Shown here: in pieces, positions 27,360-37,800 of the stretch
Layout: each line of letters begins with the position of its first letter
Position numbering within the stretch: position 1 is the stretch's first letter
Source: a virus
DNA length: 64,000 bases
Direction: 5' to 3' (one strand)
IMG/VR virus record: IMGVR_UViG_3300005614_000040
Coordinates: 1 to 64,000 of that record
Program-made: the position numbers and the translations under genes
Notes under the pieces: model-generated
What the model was told of the DNA's origin: nothing
Seen by the model: only the letters and a program-made list of their open reading frames with translations
Databases searched by the model: none

Positions 27360-27808
27360 TGGTAGATATTTCCGACTTGGCCCTTGGCACTGCCGCAGAG
27401 CATTTGGTCTGCGCTGACCTTTTGCTGGCAGGATACCGTGCGTTTTTAGCTGACCAGAACTGTCCCTATGATGTGGCAGTTGATACAGACCAAGGAATGA
27501 TTAAGATTCAGGTTAAAGCCACGCGAACCGTTAGAGCGATCCCGCAGCGGCGGGAGCACAAGGCCGCGTATATGTTCCACGTAAGACGTGCAGGCAAAAA
27601 GGGAAAACGAGTTTACGCTGAAAACGAGTTCGATTTACTCGCTTTGGTTGCGGTCGATGTTAAACAGATCGCCTATCTTCCGCCTAGCAAGCAGCGAATG
27701 ACCGTCCACATACGCGCAGAGGGACAATATTCCGGCACCAAACAAGGGAAAACTTTTTCTGACTACGCATTAACCGCCGCCTTGGAGGAAATTCGTGCCA
27801 AAGTTTAA
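27356..27808 (+). CDS. PD-(D/E)XK nuclease, Hjc-like (archaeal-type Holliday junction resolvase fold)
   Basis: The segment 'GTAAEHLVCADLLLAGYRAF...PYDVAVDTDQGMIKIQVK' matches an E...D...(E/Q)xK pattern. Confidence 0.5.
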   Translation: MMVDISDLALGTAAEHLVCADLLLAGYRAFLADQNCPYDVAVDTDQGMIKIQVKATRTVRAIPQRREHKAAYMFHVRRAGKKGKRVYAENEFDLLALVAVDVKQIAYLPPSKQRMTVHIRAEGQYSGTKQGKTFSDYALTAALEEIRAKV

Positions 27809-29042
27809 ATTAATAAACGAGGATTGTCTTGGTCCCTTCGGCCTCGGCTCTTTGGAAGATAATAGCGTGGACAGTGTCACGACAGACCCACCGTATGAGC
27901 TTGGCTTCATGGGTAAGAGTTGGGACAGCACCGGGATTGCGTACGACACGCGCGTATGGACGGAGTGCTTGCGCGTGCTCAAACCAGGCGGCCATCTGCT
28001 GGCCTTTGGCGGCAGCCGGACATACCACCGCTTGGCCTGCGCGGTCGAAGACGCGGGGTTTGAGATCAGAGATCAAATCTTCTGGGTGTACGGGAGTGGA
28101 TTCCCGAAAAGTTTGGATGTGTCGAAGGCTATTGACAAGAGCTTGGGTCGCGACAACGACCGGACGTTCAAGTGTAAGAATCCCGCTGATCGCCCTTATA
28201 CCTATGCCGAAGGTGAAACATCGACGGGTTGGCAATCACCCATTCGTCCGGACAAAACCAACCCCGCGAGCGAAGAAGCACAGCAATGGGACGGATGGGG
28301 CACTGCGCTCAAGCCCGCTCACGAACCCATTGTCTTGGCCCGCAAACCTCTTGTCGGAACAGTCGCGGCCAACGTCTTGCAACACGGTACAGGCGCGCTC
28401 AACATCGACGCCTGCCGAGTTCCAGGTGAACCCGTGCCGATCAACAAGCTGGAGAGTTGGTCCGGCTTCGGGCAAGAGAAATGTCCGGATTACGAAGCCA
28501 CGGTGAATACCCAAGGTCGCTGGCCCGCCAACTTGATCCACGACGGCAGCAAAGAAGTGCTGGACGAGTTCGCAAAATACGGCGAAAGCAAGAGTGGCAT
28601 AGCAGTCCAACGCAACGGTGGGGGTCAAAAGATCGGCGGTAACGGAATCTACGCCGGGTCGAACGGACTGACAAGAGATGATGCTGGGTATGGTGATGCT
28701 GGGACCCCCGCCCGGTTCTTCTATTGCGCCAAAGCCAACAAAAAAGATCGCGGCGACAACAACCACCCTACGGTCAAACCCACCGAACTGATGCGCTATC
28801 TCTGCCGATTGATTACCCCGCCTGGCGGGACTGTTCTCGATCCGTTTATGGGAAGTGGTAGCACCGGAAAGGCGGCCCTGCTTGAAGGATTCAACTTTGT
28901 CGGAATTGAAAAGGACCCCGGATACTACGCCATCGCCGAGCGAAGAGTCGCCGCCGCTGATTCGAGTGTGCCTGACCTGCGGAACGACGCTGGTGGACTG
29001 GCGCTGCAAACTGTGGTGCCCGAACTGCTTTCAGTACCTTAG
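27795..29042 (+). CDS. DNA N6-adenine/N4-cytosine methyltransferase (beta class)
   Basis: It has the catalytic motif 'SVTTDPPYELGF' near the N-terminus and the SAM-binding motif 'LDPFMGSGSTGKAA' near the C-terminus. Confidence 0.85.
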   Translation: MPKFKLINEDCLGPFGLGSLEDNSVDSVTTDPPYELGFMGKSWDSTGIAYDTRVWTECLRVLKPGGHLLAFGGSRTYHRLACAVEDAGFEIRDQIFWVYGSGFPKSLDVSKAIDKSLGRDNDRTFKCKNPADRPYTYAEGETSTGWQSPIRPDKTNPASEEAQQWDGWGTALKPAHEPIVLARKPLVGTVAANVLQHGTGALNIDACRVPGEPVPINKLESWSGFGQEKCPDYEATVNTQGRWPANLIHDGSKEVLDEFAKYGESKSGIAVQRNGGGQKIGGNGIYAGSNGLTRDDAGYGDAGTPARFFYCAKANKKDRGDNNHPTVKPTELMRYLCRLITPPGGTVLDPFMGSGSTGKAALLEGFNFVGIEKDPGYYAIAERRVAAADSSVPDLRNDAGGLALQTVVPELLSVP

Positions 29043-29242
29043 CTGCGGAGACTTCTATTGAGCTACCTACTTTTCGCCCGTCTCCGAGATATTTCGTGCC
29101 CTTGGTTTGTGGTTAGCCTGACCACTTTTTCCGAGGCCGAGGCCAGGAAACTTGTCCAGAAATTGGACAAAGAGAACTGGGAGTACACCTATGCACACGC
29201 ATCCGAGAAAAAAATCCTAGACCCACCGAAAGAGGTACACTA

Positions 29243-29554
29243 ATGGAAACCGAATTCAGCACTAACCTCGAACCCAGTCAAACGGAACTTCTCGCCTGGC
29301 TCGCCGAAGAGTGCGGCGAGGTGGTGCAGATGGTCGGCAAAATCCTGCGGCACGGCTACGAGAGCTACCATCCGGCACGTCGAGATGGCCCCAGCAACCG
29401 ACAGAAGCTCGCCGAAGAACTAGGTAACCTGCGCCTCGTCCAGATCATGTTGATTGCGAGTGGCGACCTCGACGTTCAACTGATCGAGAAGTCATTCCGA
29501 GCCAAAATGGACACGGCCAGCAAGTACCTGCACTTCAACCAAATCGAGGACTAA
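29243..29554 (+). CDS. MazG-like nucleotide pyrophosphohydrolase
   Basis: The MazG motif is 'LLAWLAEECGEVVQMVGKILRHG', in a small all-alpha protein. Confidence 0.6.
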   Translation: METEFSTNLEPSQTELLAWLAEECGEVVQMVGKILRHGYESYHPARRDGPSNRQKLAEELGNLRLVQIMLIASGDLDVQLIEKSFRAKMDTASKYLHFNQIED

Positions 29555-30103
29555 ATGATTCTGGGAATCTGCGGCCGGGCCGAGGTCGGAAAGAGTACGG
29601 TCGGCAAAGCCATCGTCAAGACGGCCGTCTACATGGAACTGGACGCCAAGGTCTACGAGCTTTCGAACTATGTATTGGCCGAGGCCATTGAATCAGGTGC
29701 CATTAAAAACAAAACTCGGGCGGAGTGTACGCCCGAGGACATTCTGGAACTTGTCAGGATCGGCACAGCGGGCCGGGCCAAGGACCAAGACTACTGGATG
29801 AACAAGCTCCGCGACGACGTAGAGAAAGACAAACCGCAAGTAGCCGTCTGCCCTAACATCAGGTACGTCTCTGAAGCCGACGCCATTCAACGCTGGGGCG
29901 GCAAAGTCATCCGGGTGACGGCGCTAAACGCGGACGGCACCGAGTTTATATCCAGGAGCCGCGACCCGAACGACCCGAGCGAAACGAACCAGCGGCTCAT
30001 CATCGCCGACTACTACCTTACTACCCGGCGCGGCGAGAGCGACCTGCTGAAGCTCCAAGCGTCGGCGCTGTTCAAGTACCTGCACGGCCGGAGGAGCCAA
30101 TGA
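29555..30103 (+). CDS. P-loop nucleotide kinase (dNMP kinase-like)
   Basis: It has Walker A 'GICGRAEVGKST'. The ORF is 182 aa and abuts mazG. Confidence 0.5.
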   Translation: MILGICGRAEVGKSTVGKAIVKTAVYMELDAKVYELSNYVLAEAIESGAIKNKTRAECTPEDILELVRIGTAGRAKDQDYWMNKLRDDVEKDKPQVAVCPNIRYVSEADAIQRWGGKVIRVTALNADGTEFISRSRDPNDPSETNQRLIIADYYLTTRRGESDLLKLQASALFKYLHGRRSQ

Positions 30104-30267
30104 AGCACAAGGTCCGCAAAGCCACGACCGAAGAAGCTCAACAAGACTGTTGTGGAGATCGCTATCCGTGCTACGTCGATATGGTGTGCTCCTGCGGTTT
30201 GAAGCTCTGCAAAATGGACATGCTCGAACACCTGCTGCAACTTCATGGAGGTTCCCGTGCCCGATAA
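30100..30267 (+). CDS. small Cys-rich protein
   Basis: Its ATG overlaps the kinase TGA. It contains 'DCCGDRYPCYVDMVCSCGLKLC'. Confidence 0.3.
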   Translation: MKHKVRKATTEEAQQDCCGDRYPCYVDMVCSCGLKLCKMDMLEHLLQLHGGSRAR

Positions 30268-30844
30268 CTTCGCAGCCGTGCCCAAACCCGTACGTGATGA
30301 TGCCTTTATCTATAGTTACTCAGGATCGAGGATAGGGCTAGGCCACGCACCCCCTTCTCTGGAAGACATCGCAGTTTCGCTCGGACGACTGTGCCGTTTT
30401 ACGGGACACTGTCGAATTTTCTATCCGGTCCTGCTGCACAGCATGGCGGTGTCCGATCTTGTCCACGTCGAGAACACCCGGGCCGCGTTGCTGCATGATG
30501 CTGCCGAGATTTATCTTAGCGACATCCCGACGCCCTTCAAAGCGCCGGAGATGAAAGCCATCGAGATGCGTTTACTCATGCCCATCTTCTCAAAGTACTT
30601 GGACCAGTACGAACTACTAGAGTGGGTCGGCCGGGGCCACGAATTAGTGAAGGTGGCGGATCGCGAAGTATTTACCGCCGAGGTCCATCTACTCGGATGT
30701 GCGGGTCTGCGGGCTTGGGTAGGTGAGTCATACCCGGATGTCGAGGAAAAGGTGCAAGAGTACATCGACCGTTACCCTATCGAGGAATGTGTGCGCCCGG
30801 ACGGAAAAGCCGTGATCGAATTCATCAGGAGAGCTAGGCAATGA
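30245..30844 (+). CDS. HD-domain 5'-deoxynucleotidase (YfbR-like)
   Basis: The segment 'HSMAVSDL...ALLHDAAEIYLSDIPTPFK' matches the YfbR HD...GD.PTP.K signature. Confidence 0.65.
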   Translation: MEVPVPDNFAAVPKPVRDDAFIYSYSGSRIGLGHAPPSLEDIAVSLGRLCRFTGHCRIFYPVLLHSMAVSDLVHVENTRAALLHDAAEIYLSDIPTPFKAPEMKAIEMRLLMPIFSKYLDQYELLEWVGRGHELVKVADREVFTAEVHLLGCAGLRAWVGESYPDVEEKVQEYIDRYPIEECVRPDGKAVIEFIRRARQ

Positions 30845-31185
30845 TCCCAGATTCCGACGACCTCTACCGAAACTCAGTGGTGGTGAAGATGCAGGGTGGA
30901 ACTGACCGCGAGGACACCAACCTCTGCGGATCGTGCCGCCATTCCCATATCTTTACTGAAGCGGCGCGCGGTGAGAAAACTGTATTCTGCTGCTACGACG
31001 TACGCGTACGGATGAAGGGGCCAATCTCCCAGTGCAACAAACACAGTGACCGCAACCAACCATCGCTGCACGACATGAACGAAATCGCCTGGCAGCTTCA
31101 AACCAACAAGGGCCGCCACGTCGGTTTCCTTAGCCCCGAGGAACTACGAACCAAAGGTAAGACAAGCGGCGGATTCATGGTATAA
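30841..31185 (+). CDS. hypothetical Cys/His-rich protein
   Basis: It contains 'CGSCRHSHIF...FCCYD...CNKH'. Confidence 0.4.
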   Translation: MIPDSDDLYRNSVVVKMQGGTDREDTNLCGSCRHSHIFTEAARGEKTVFCCYDVRVRMKGPISQCNKHSDRNQPSLHDMNEIAWQLQTNKGRHVGFLSPEELRTKGKTSGGFMV

Positions 31186-31191
31186 TGGATT

Positions 31192-31629
31192 ATGATTTGG
31201 ACAGACAAAATGCGACTGGCTGTTGGCTTCGCCACCGAGAAACATTGGGGCCAGGTGGACAAGGCGGGCCAGCCCTACATCCTTCACCCGTTGGCCGTAG
31301 CTGAAAGTCTGCTACCCTACGGTGAAGATGCGTTTATCGCCGGGGTGCTGCACGACCTCATCGAAGACACCAACACTACGGTCGCTGAGATCATCCACCA
31401 CTTCGGGGTGACGATTGGTTTGGCCGTAAATGCAGTCTCCAGACGCGAAGGTGAGGTCTATGTCGATTTCATCGCCCGGGCCGACCAGCACCCTCTAGGC
31501 CGCCTGGTAAAGATCGCCGACCTGCGGCATAACCTTTCCCCGGCTCGGATGGCGAACCTGCCGCCCGAGATGGCTGGGATCGACCGCCGCTATAAAAGAG
31601 CTTTACAAGCGATGGGTGAAGAGGTATAG
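31192..31629 (+). CDS. RelA/SpoT-type HD hydrolase (small alarmone (p)ppGpp hydrolase)
   Basis: The segment 'KHWGQVDKAGQPYILHPLAVA...AGVLHDLIEDT' matches the SpoT/Mesh1 HD domain pattern. Confidence 0.8.
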   Translation: MIWTDKMRLAVGFATEKHWGQVDKAGQPYILHPLAVAESLLPYGEDAFIAGVLHDLIEDTNTTVAEIIHHFGVTIGLAVNAVSRREGEVYVDFIARADQHPLGRLVKIADLRHNLSPARMANLPPEMAGIDRRYKRALQAMGEEV

Positions 31630-31808
31630 TAAAAATGTACCTTGCGCCCTGTGCTCTAGCGTAACTTCTCTCTAGGCGGAAGAAAAGGATACTCTGACAC
31701 GCTTTTTCTTGGTACAAATCCCCGGCCCGCAGATCAGACGGTAAAGGGTGAGGGTGACATAGACGTTACGACCAACTAGAGCATGGGGCGGAAGGTACAG
31801 CCCAAAGC

Positions 31809-31832
31809 AAAGCCCCCTTTCGGGGGCTTTTT
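31809..31832. terminator. bidirectional rho-independent terminator between convergent arms
   Basis: The sequence aaagccccc-tttc-gggggcttt forms a 9-bp GC stem. T-runs lie on both strands, and it overlaps the stop codon of the giant minus-strand gene. Confidence 0.6.
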
Positions 31833-34800
31833 ACTGCTCTGAGGCGGCTGGTTCCTGCCACATCTGCCGGATGCGGAGGAAGGTCGGGTCTTTCGCCCGT
31901 TCCTCCGGACTCATGTCCTTATACGCCTTTTGCATGTAGCGCTTCTTCTTTCCCGTCATCACCTTGGTCATGGCTGTACGCTCGCGCGGGGTAGCCAACT
32001 CCCACACCTGGAGAGCGTCGGCCATATCCATGCGGTTGACGGTCGAGACCATGCGCGCCGTCTGCGGGTCCATCCCGGCCGTCATCTTCACGTTGTCCTT
32101 GATCTTCTTGATCTCGTCGTGCGGAAGAGTCGAGAAGTCTTTCAGGTCTTCGAGTTGACTGAAGGTCATTCGGCCGGAGCGCAAATCATCCTCAAACCGG
32201 GATACTGCCTGGAGGCGCGACCGCTGGGTCGAGGTCATCAGGCCGGATTCGTTCTTCTCGGAGGCGAGCTTGGCCGCCAAGGTCTGAGCCTGAGTCCGGT
32301 ACACGTCCGCCGTCAAACCACCCGCTTTGGCAAGTTGGCCCGCGTTGGTGATGTTGGTATTGCCCGAGATCGCGGACGCCACGGCCTGCGCCGGGATCGG
32401 GGCCATGTTGCTGGCCAGGTCAACCCAAAGGCTTCCAGGAGAGAGCTTGCGGCCGTATACGTCCTGGCCTGTCACAGCCTCCTGGCCCATGCGCGCGAGC
32501 GGCGACAGCCGACCCTTCATAAACCCTTCGGGGTCGGACGCCATGTGGAGGATGTCGGTCGGCATGGTACGGATCGAATAGATCACGTCCTGGCCGTTCT
32601 TGTCCTTGGTGGCTACGCCGAACGGAGCTTCGAGGTGAGGGTTGCCGCTGTTGACCATGTTGAGCACGCGCGCCGCACCCCAAAGTCCGGCTGCCATGAG
32701 CAAGACCTGGTTACGGGCGAAGTTCTTGTCGCCGAGGCCGCCGCGTAGCGTAGAAGCTGCAAACCGCATTTCCGATTCGAGCCAGTCCGGAGCGAGCGCA
32801 AACAACCGGAACCAGTCCTGCGTTGCTGCAGCCCGGCCCATTGCCCGCCAGTTCTGTCCACCGAAGGCGTTGTTGACGTGCTCGGCCGCTGCCGATGCGA
32901 CGGCGCGCGGTTCCCAATCCGGGTGGGCCGCTGCATACTTGTCGTACATCTTGAGAGCGGCGTCGGCCTTGAGCGAAGGCATGTAGCGGTTGAACAGAAA
33001 GTCCTGGTACCAATCCATCGTCTTGCCGAGGATGGGGATTTTGGCCAGGATTTTGCTGTGAGACGCGAGACCTTCCGAGTGCTCGGACAGCGCCCGGCGA
33101 TCCATCGCGAAGGTCGCACCCTGGATGGCCATGCTGCGCAGCTTGCGAGCGCGGTCGAGTTCCGTCTGGGCTGCCTGCAAATTCTGGGCGTGCTCGGGCG
33201 AGTTCGGATTGGAGCTTGCTTCCTTCTGGGCGTCGTTAACCGCCTGCCTCAAACGGCCAATGGCCTCTTGAGTGAAGCTGTCTACTGGGTGAACCTTGAG
33301 CGGGTTGACTCCCAGCATGACGCCACGGAGAGCTTCCTGCATCATGTGGAACGGGCTGAGCGAGAGCAAGACGCTCTTGGCTTCGCTGCCAGCGGCGAGC
33401 AACGGCTTGGTGATCCGGCCAAAGCCTTCGTTCTTGGTCAGCGGGGATTCGTCGAGACCCAGCGCGTTCGTGAGGTATGGCGCGTACTCCGGGTGGATCG
33501 CGATCTCACCTTGCACAAACACAGGGTTGCCAGCCGCGTCCTTCGCTACCCAGTGGATGCCAGGCAGGTACTTGGGCGGGGTGACGTAACCTTGCGGGTG
33601 CCACACGTATGCGGGCGTCTGGGCGTCGTTGATCTTCTGGAGGGCGTCCTTGGGCAAGACTCCGCTCTGAACGTCCTTCAACGTCCGGAGGTGTTCCTTG
33701 AGTTGTGGGTACTTTGTGTTGGTCGCGGCGTCGCGCACCTGGGCGACGTGGCGCGCGCTGAAGCTGTCGGCAGCCTGAATCCACTTTCCGTTCGGGCCTT
33801 GGAAGGCTTGCTTCGACCAATAGGAGCGCAGGTCAGCGGGCATCACCGATCCATTTTGTGGAACTGTCTGGTTCGCGGTATGGGTCCGGCCGTACGAATC
33901 GATTAGTTCGTCGATGAAGGAGTTGAAGGCTTCTTTGCCAGCGCCTCCTTGAGCGCCGTTCCCCCCTTCTTGTACGCCTCGAACAGTTCCTCGATTCTGG
34001 AGTTGCTTGGATACGCTATCTTTTTCATGGGCTACAAATTCCTCTCTTAGTTTGCGTGCAGTGCCGATTACGCGAGTCAGGGTTTTGAACGCGTCGCTGC
34101 CGTGCCGTTCTTCAACCGCAGCAAAGTACTTCCGCAGCCAGGACTCTTCTTCGTCCGGCGTCACTCCCATTGTATCGCGGTCGCCCGCCATCAGTTTGGC
34201 CGCCGTTTCAACGACACGAGTAACGGGGTCGGACTCGTATTCGTTGTGGGTCAAGTAGACTTGGGCTGCGCCGGGAATCTGCTGGTCGAGATCATGCCAC
34301 TGCGCGCCGTACAGGTGGCGGCCAACCGTTCCGTCCGGCGAGACCTCGGACTGCCAAGCGTGGTTAATTTCTTCCCGCGCCGTTCGGGTCAGATAACTTA
34401 GGCTACGGCCTTGCCCGCCGATCACAGTCACAGGCCGACCCTCTGCATCTCTCGCCGCTTCCGCGACAAGCTGGCGGAGTCCGGAACCAACGTTCTTTGC
34501 GAGGGTGGACTGGCCTACCGTGTATCTACGCTCGATGTCTCCGAGCAAGCGCGGAACCTCACTTGGCTCCAAACTGACGCCTTCAAGTGCAGCCCGTCCA
34601 TACGGATTGAGGATGTGGCTCAGCAACGTCATCGCCGAGCGCGAAAGCCACAGTATCTTGTGGCCGGACGCGTCCGCGCGAACTTCACCGACTTTCGGTG
34701 AATCAAGGTTGTCGAGACTATCCTTTGCGATTCTGAGACGCGTCACGGTGTCTGGGTCACCGGGGCGCTGTTCGTTGAGCTTGCTGAGTTGCTGAACGCG

Positions 34801-37800
34801 TTCGCTTAACGCCAACCGCGTTTGGGCTAACTCATCGCTGTCCGGACGGTCAACGCTCAGAACTACTTTTCGGTAGTTCCCGAGTTTGGTACCCTCTGGA
34901 TTATCTTGGATACCCCGTCCTCGGGTTGAACGTGATTCATTGTTACGCCGTTGGGCAGCTTCACGGAGGACAGAATCGTAGGTGGCTTTTGGCCCGGGCG
35001 GACCAGACGTTTGTGAGTGCTCGTATAGATGTTCTCCGTATCCGTAGGCGTAGTCAAAGGGGTCTTGGGCGAAGTACTCATGGAGTTTAGATAACCTTTC
35101 TTGACCCGCTTTGGACCTGGGGTCAGTGTCTATAATGTGGACAAACGAGCCGTCCGGATGCTGCTCTATTGTAGCACCATCGACGCCTGCTTTTCTCAGC
35201 CATTGGACAGCCTTGGCCGTGTCCATACCACTCAAGTGGATGGTGTACTGGACGTGCGGGCCAGTGGCGTCGTTGTGCCAGAGCAAAACTGACTTCTGAT
35301 TTTCTGCCTTGCCGCGCAGGGCCGCAGCGGTGCGCAGGTCGAGGAGGTCGCCCTTGCCTTCAGAAACCAGCGAAGGCTCTCCGTCTGTTCCGCCGCCCCC
35401 GTGACTCCAGATGCCTGTAGCCTGCTTATACTGCAGGTCTAGGCCGTACTTCTTGTCGATGTTGGCCGCGCGGGTCATCGCCTGCTTGACCTCGGGACTG
35501 TTGGCCTGGGCGATGGCCTGCTCTAAGTTGAGGTCGGCCTGGTTCGAGGACGCGAAGATTTGTCCTTCAACCTGGTTGCGCACCGGGGCTGGGGCGGGGT
35601 TGGCCGCCTGGCGCAACAGGTTTGCGATGTCCTTGTCGGTGTACGGACGTGTGCCGTCACCCGTCAACCCTTGGGCGTGGTTGCGGAACTTGGCGACGTA
35701 GCGGTCGAGATCAGCCTGTTCAGTCTTGGTGCGAACTTCCTTCGACGCAATCAACTGCACCCAACCCGGAACGTTCAGGTTGCGCGGGATCGGCTCGCCT
35801 TTGTCGATGGCGTCCTGCAGACTTTCGACCACCCGGTTCGAGTAGTCGGTCAGGAACTCGTGGGTCTCGTCGAGCGCCCGGCGTGATCCGGCCTGGTCAA
35901 GAATGTTCGGGTTCCGTTGTTCGTGCGCCTCGATTTCTTTCTGGATATTTTGTACCCACTCGGTAATGTTGGTGGGGTTGACGCGCGGGGTCACATCGCG
36001 AACCGCGCCCGAGCGCAAGTGGCGTTCGAGCATCCCGCTCGCAATCATGTTCTTTACATCGTTGGCCGCGATGCTGATGCTCTGAAGCTGGTTGGGGAGA
36101 ACCAGGATGTTGGGGTCTCCGCCGTTGCGCGCCGCGAGAGTGTCGCCTGCGCCCCGCAGGACCGCCGCTGGCAAGCCGTCAGACCCGCGCACGCCCGCCG
36201 CGCGAATGGCCTTGAACCAGTTCACGTTGGCCGCGATAGTACGCAGGCTCTCGACACCGTATCCGGTAAGCTGGACAGGGTCGTCAGTCAAGAGTTCATG
36301 GCCGCGCATCAGACCTTCGAAGATCGATCCGTAAACGCGGTGCATCGCCTGGGTTGCCTTCAGGTCGAATCTGCCGGAGCGGACCTCGTTGCGCCACGCA
36401 CCGACAGCCTTGTCAGCGTTCTCTCCAAATACACGCTGGATGTAGTTATCGACGTAGGAGTGGATCACCCCGGCCTTCGCCGCAGCGGTCCAGTTTTCGT
36501 CATTCACCTTGCGGAACTTATCGACCAGCGCGAGTTCGTCAGGTGACAACCCTTGGGCGACCTTGTGATACGCCTCGGCCCAATCCAAAAGCTGTTGCTT
36601 GCCTTTTTCGGTCAAGCCCTCGTCACCGCGACGGATGAGTTCCTGAAGGTCGTCCGGCAGTCCTGGGTGCTGGCCCGCGCCCGTCGTAGACTCTCCCGGC
36701 ATCGGAGATGGGAGTTCAGCGCCCTGCACGTTCGGGCCTTCGTTCGGCACCGGGGCGAGTTCCGGCCGGGACGCGGTGGCCGCGTCGTAGGGCAGGATTT
36801 TGTCCAGCATCCCGAACCGTTGATAGATCGAGTTACCTGCTTGGCGGGCCTTCTCTGTGTCGGCTACACCTGTGTCGAGGGCGGCCGTTACCCAGCGCTT
36901 CGCCTTGGTGCGAGCTTCAATGGCTTCCTTGCCCTCAAACTGAGCGGCGAGGTTCTTCGCGCCAGCCGCAAACAAATTACCGTAGTACTCGGGCTTGCCA
37001 AGCTCACCGTTCAGAGTGTTCTCGACGTTGCGAGCTTCGTTGGCCGCAGATTCAATATCACCGTCGCGAACCGCTGTGATCGCACGAACCTTCTGTGCTT
37101 CCTGGGTCGGAGCAAGACGCTCGACTTCATTGACCGCAGGCATGAACTCCCCGGCTTTCGCCAGGGTGTATTTGATACCAAGCAGACCGAGTCCGCCGCT
37201 GAGGATGGCTTCGGTCAGCTTCTCGTTAGCGCCGTCGTAGTTGCCTTCCTTCCAATCGTCGAGCACGCCCGGGAACATATGCGCAGCCTGGTAAACTTGG
37301 GGCGCAGCGAAACCAAAGTTGATCGCCGCTTCCATGCCCTTGGCTACCTTCTGTGCCTGGGCCGGGGTGGTATCGCCGATGGCGCGGAACGCCTTCGACA
37401 TCGCGCGCTCAGCGAGATTACCACCAACGAAGTCGGACTGCGCGGTGAGGTCCGCGTCGTGCAGGTAGGTGTTCAGTGCGAGGTAGCGGTTGTAGTCCAT
37501 ACCGCTGTCTGCTACAGCCTGGGCGATTGGCTTGCCCGCGCGCTGGGCGTCCGTGGCCGCCTTGATCGCTTTTCCGAACTGTCCGATCTGGGCGTCGGCC
37601 GCAGCCGCATCTAGGCCCTCTGCGCCGCCCATGAGGGTGTCGCGGAGAACACTGGCCCCGGCTGATTCAATCAAGCTGCCTTCACCAAACGTGAGCGCGC
37701 CTAGCCCCAAAGAAAGAGGCGAGGTCAAACCAGTCAGGAACTTCTCGACGCCGCGCTCGATACCACCAGCGCCCGGCCGCGAGTCGTGCCAACCCAACAC

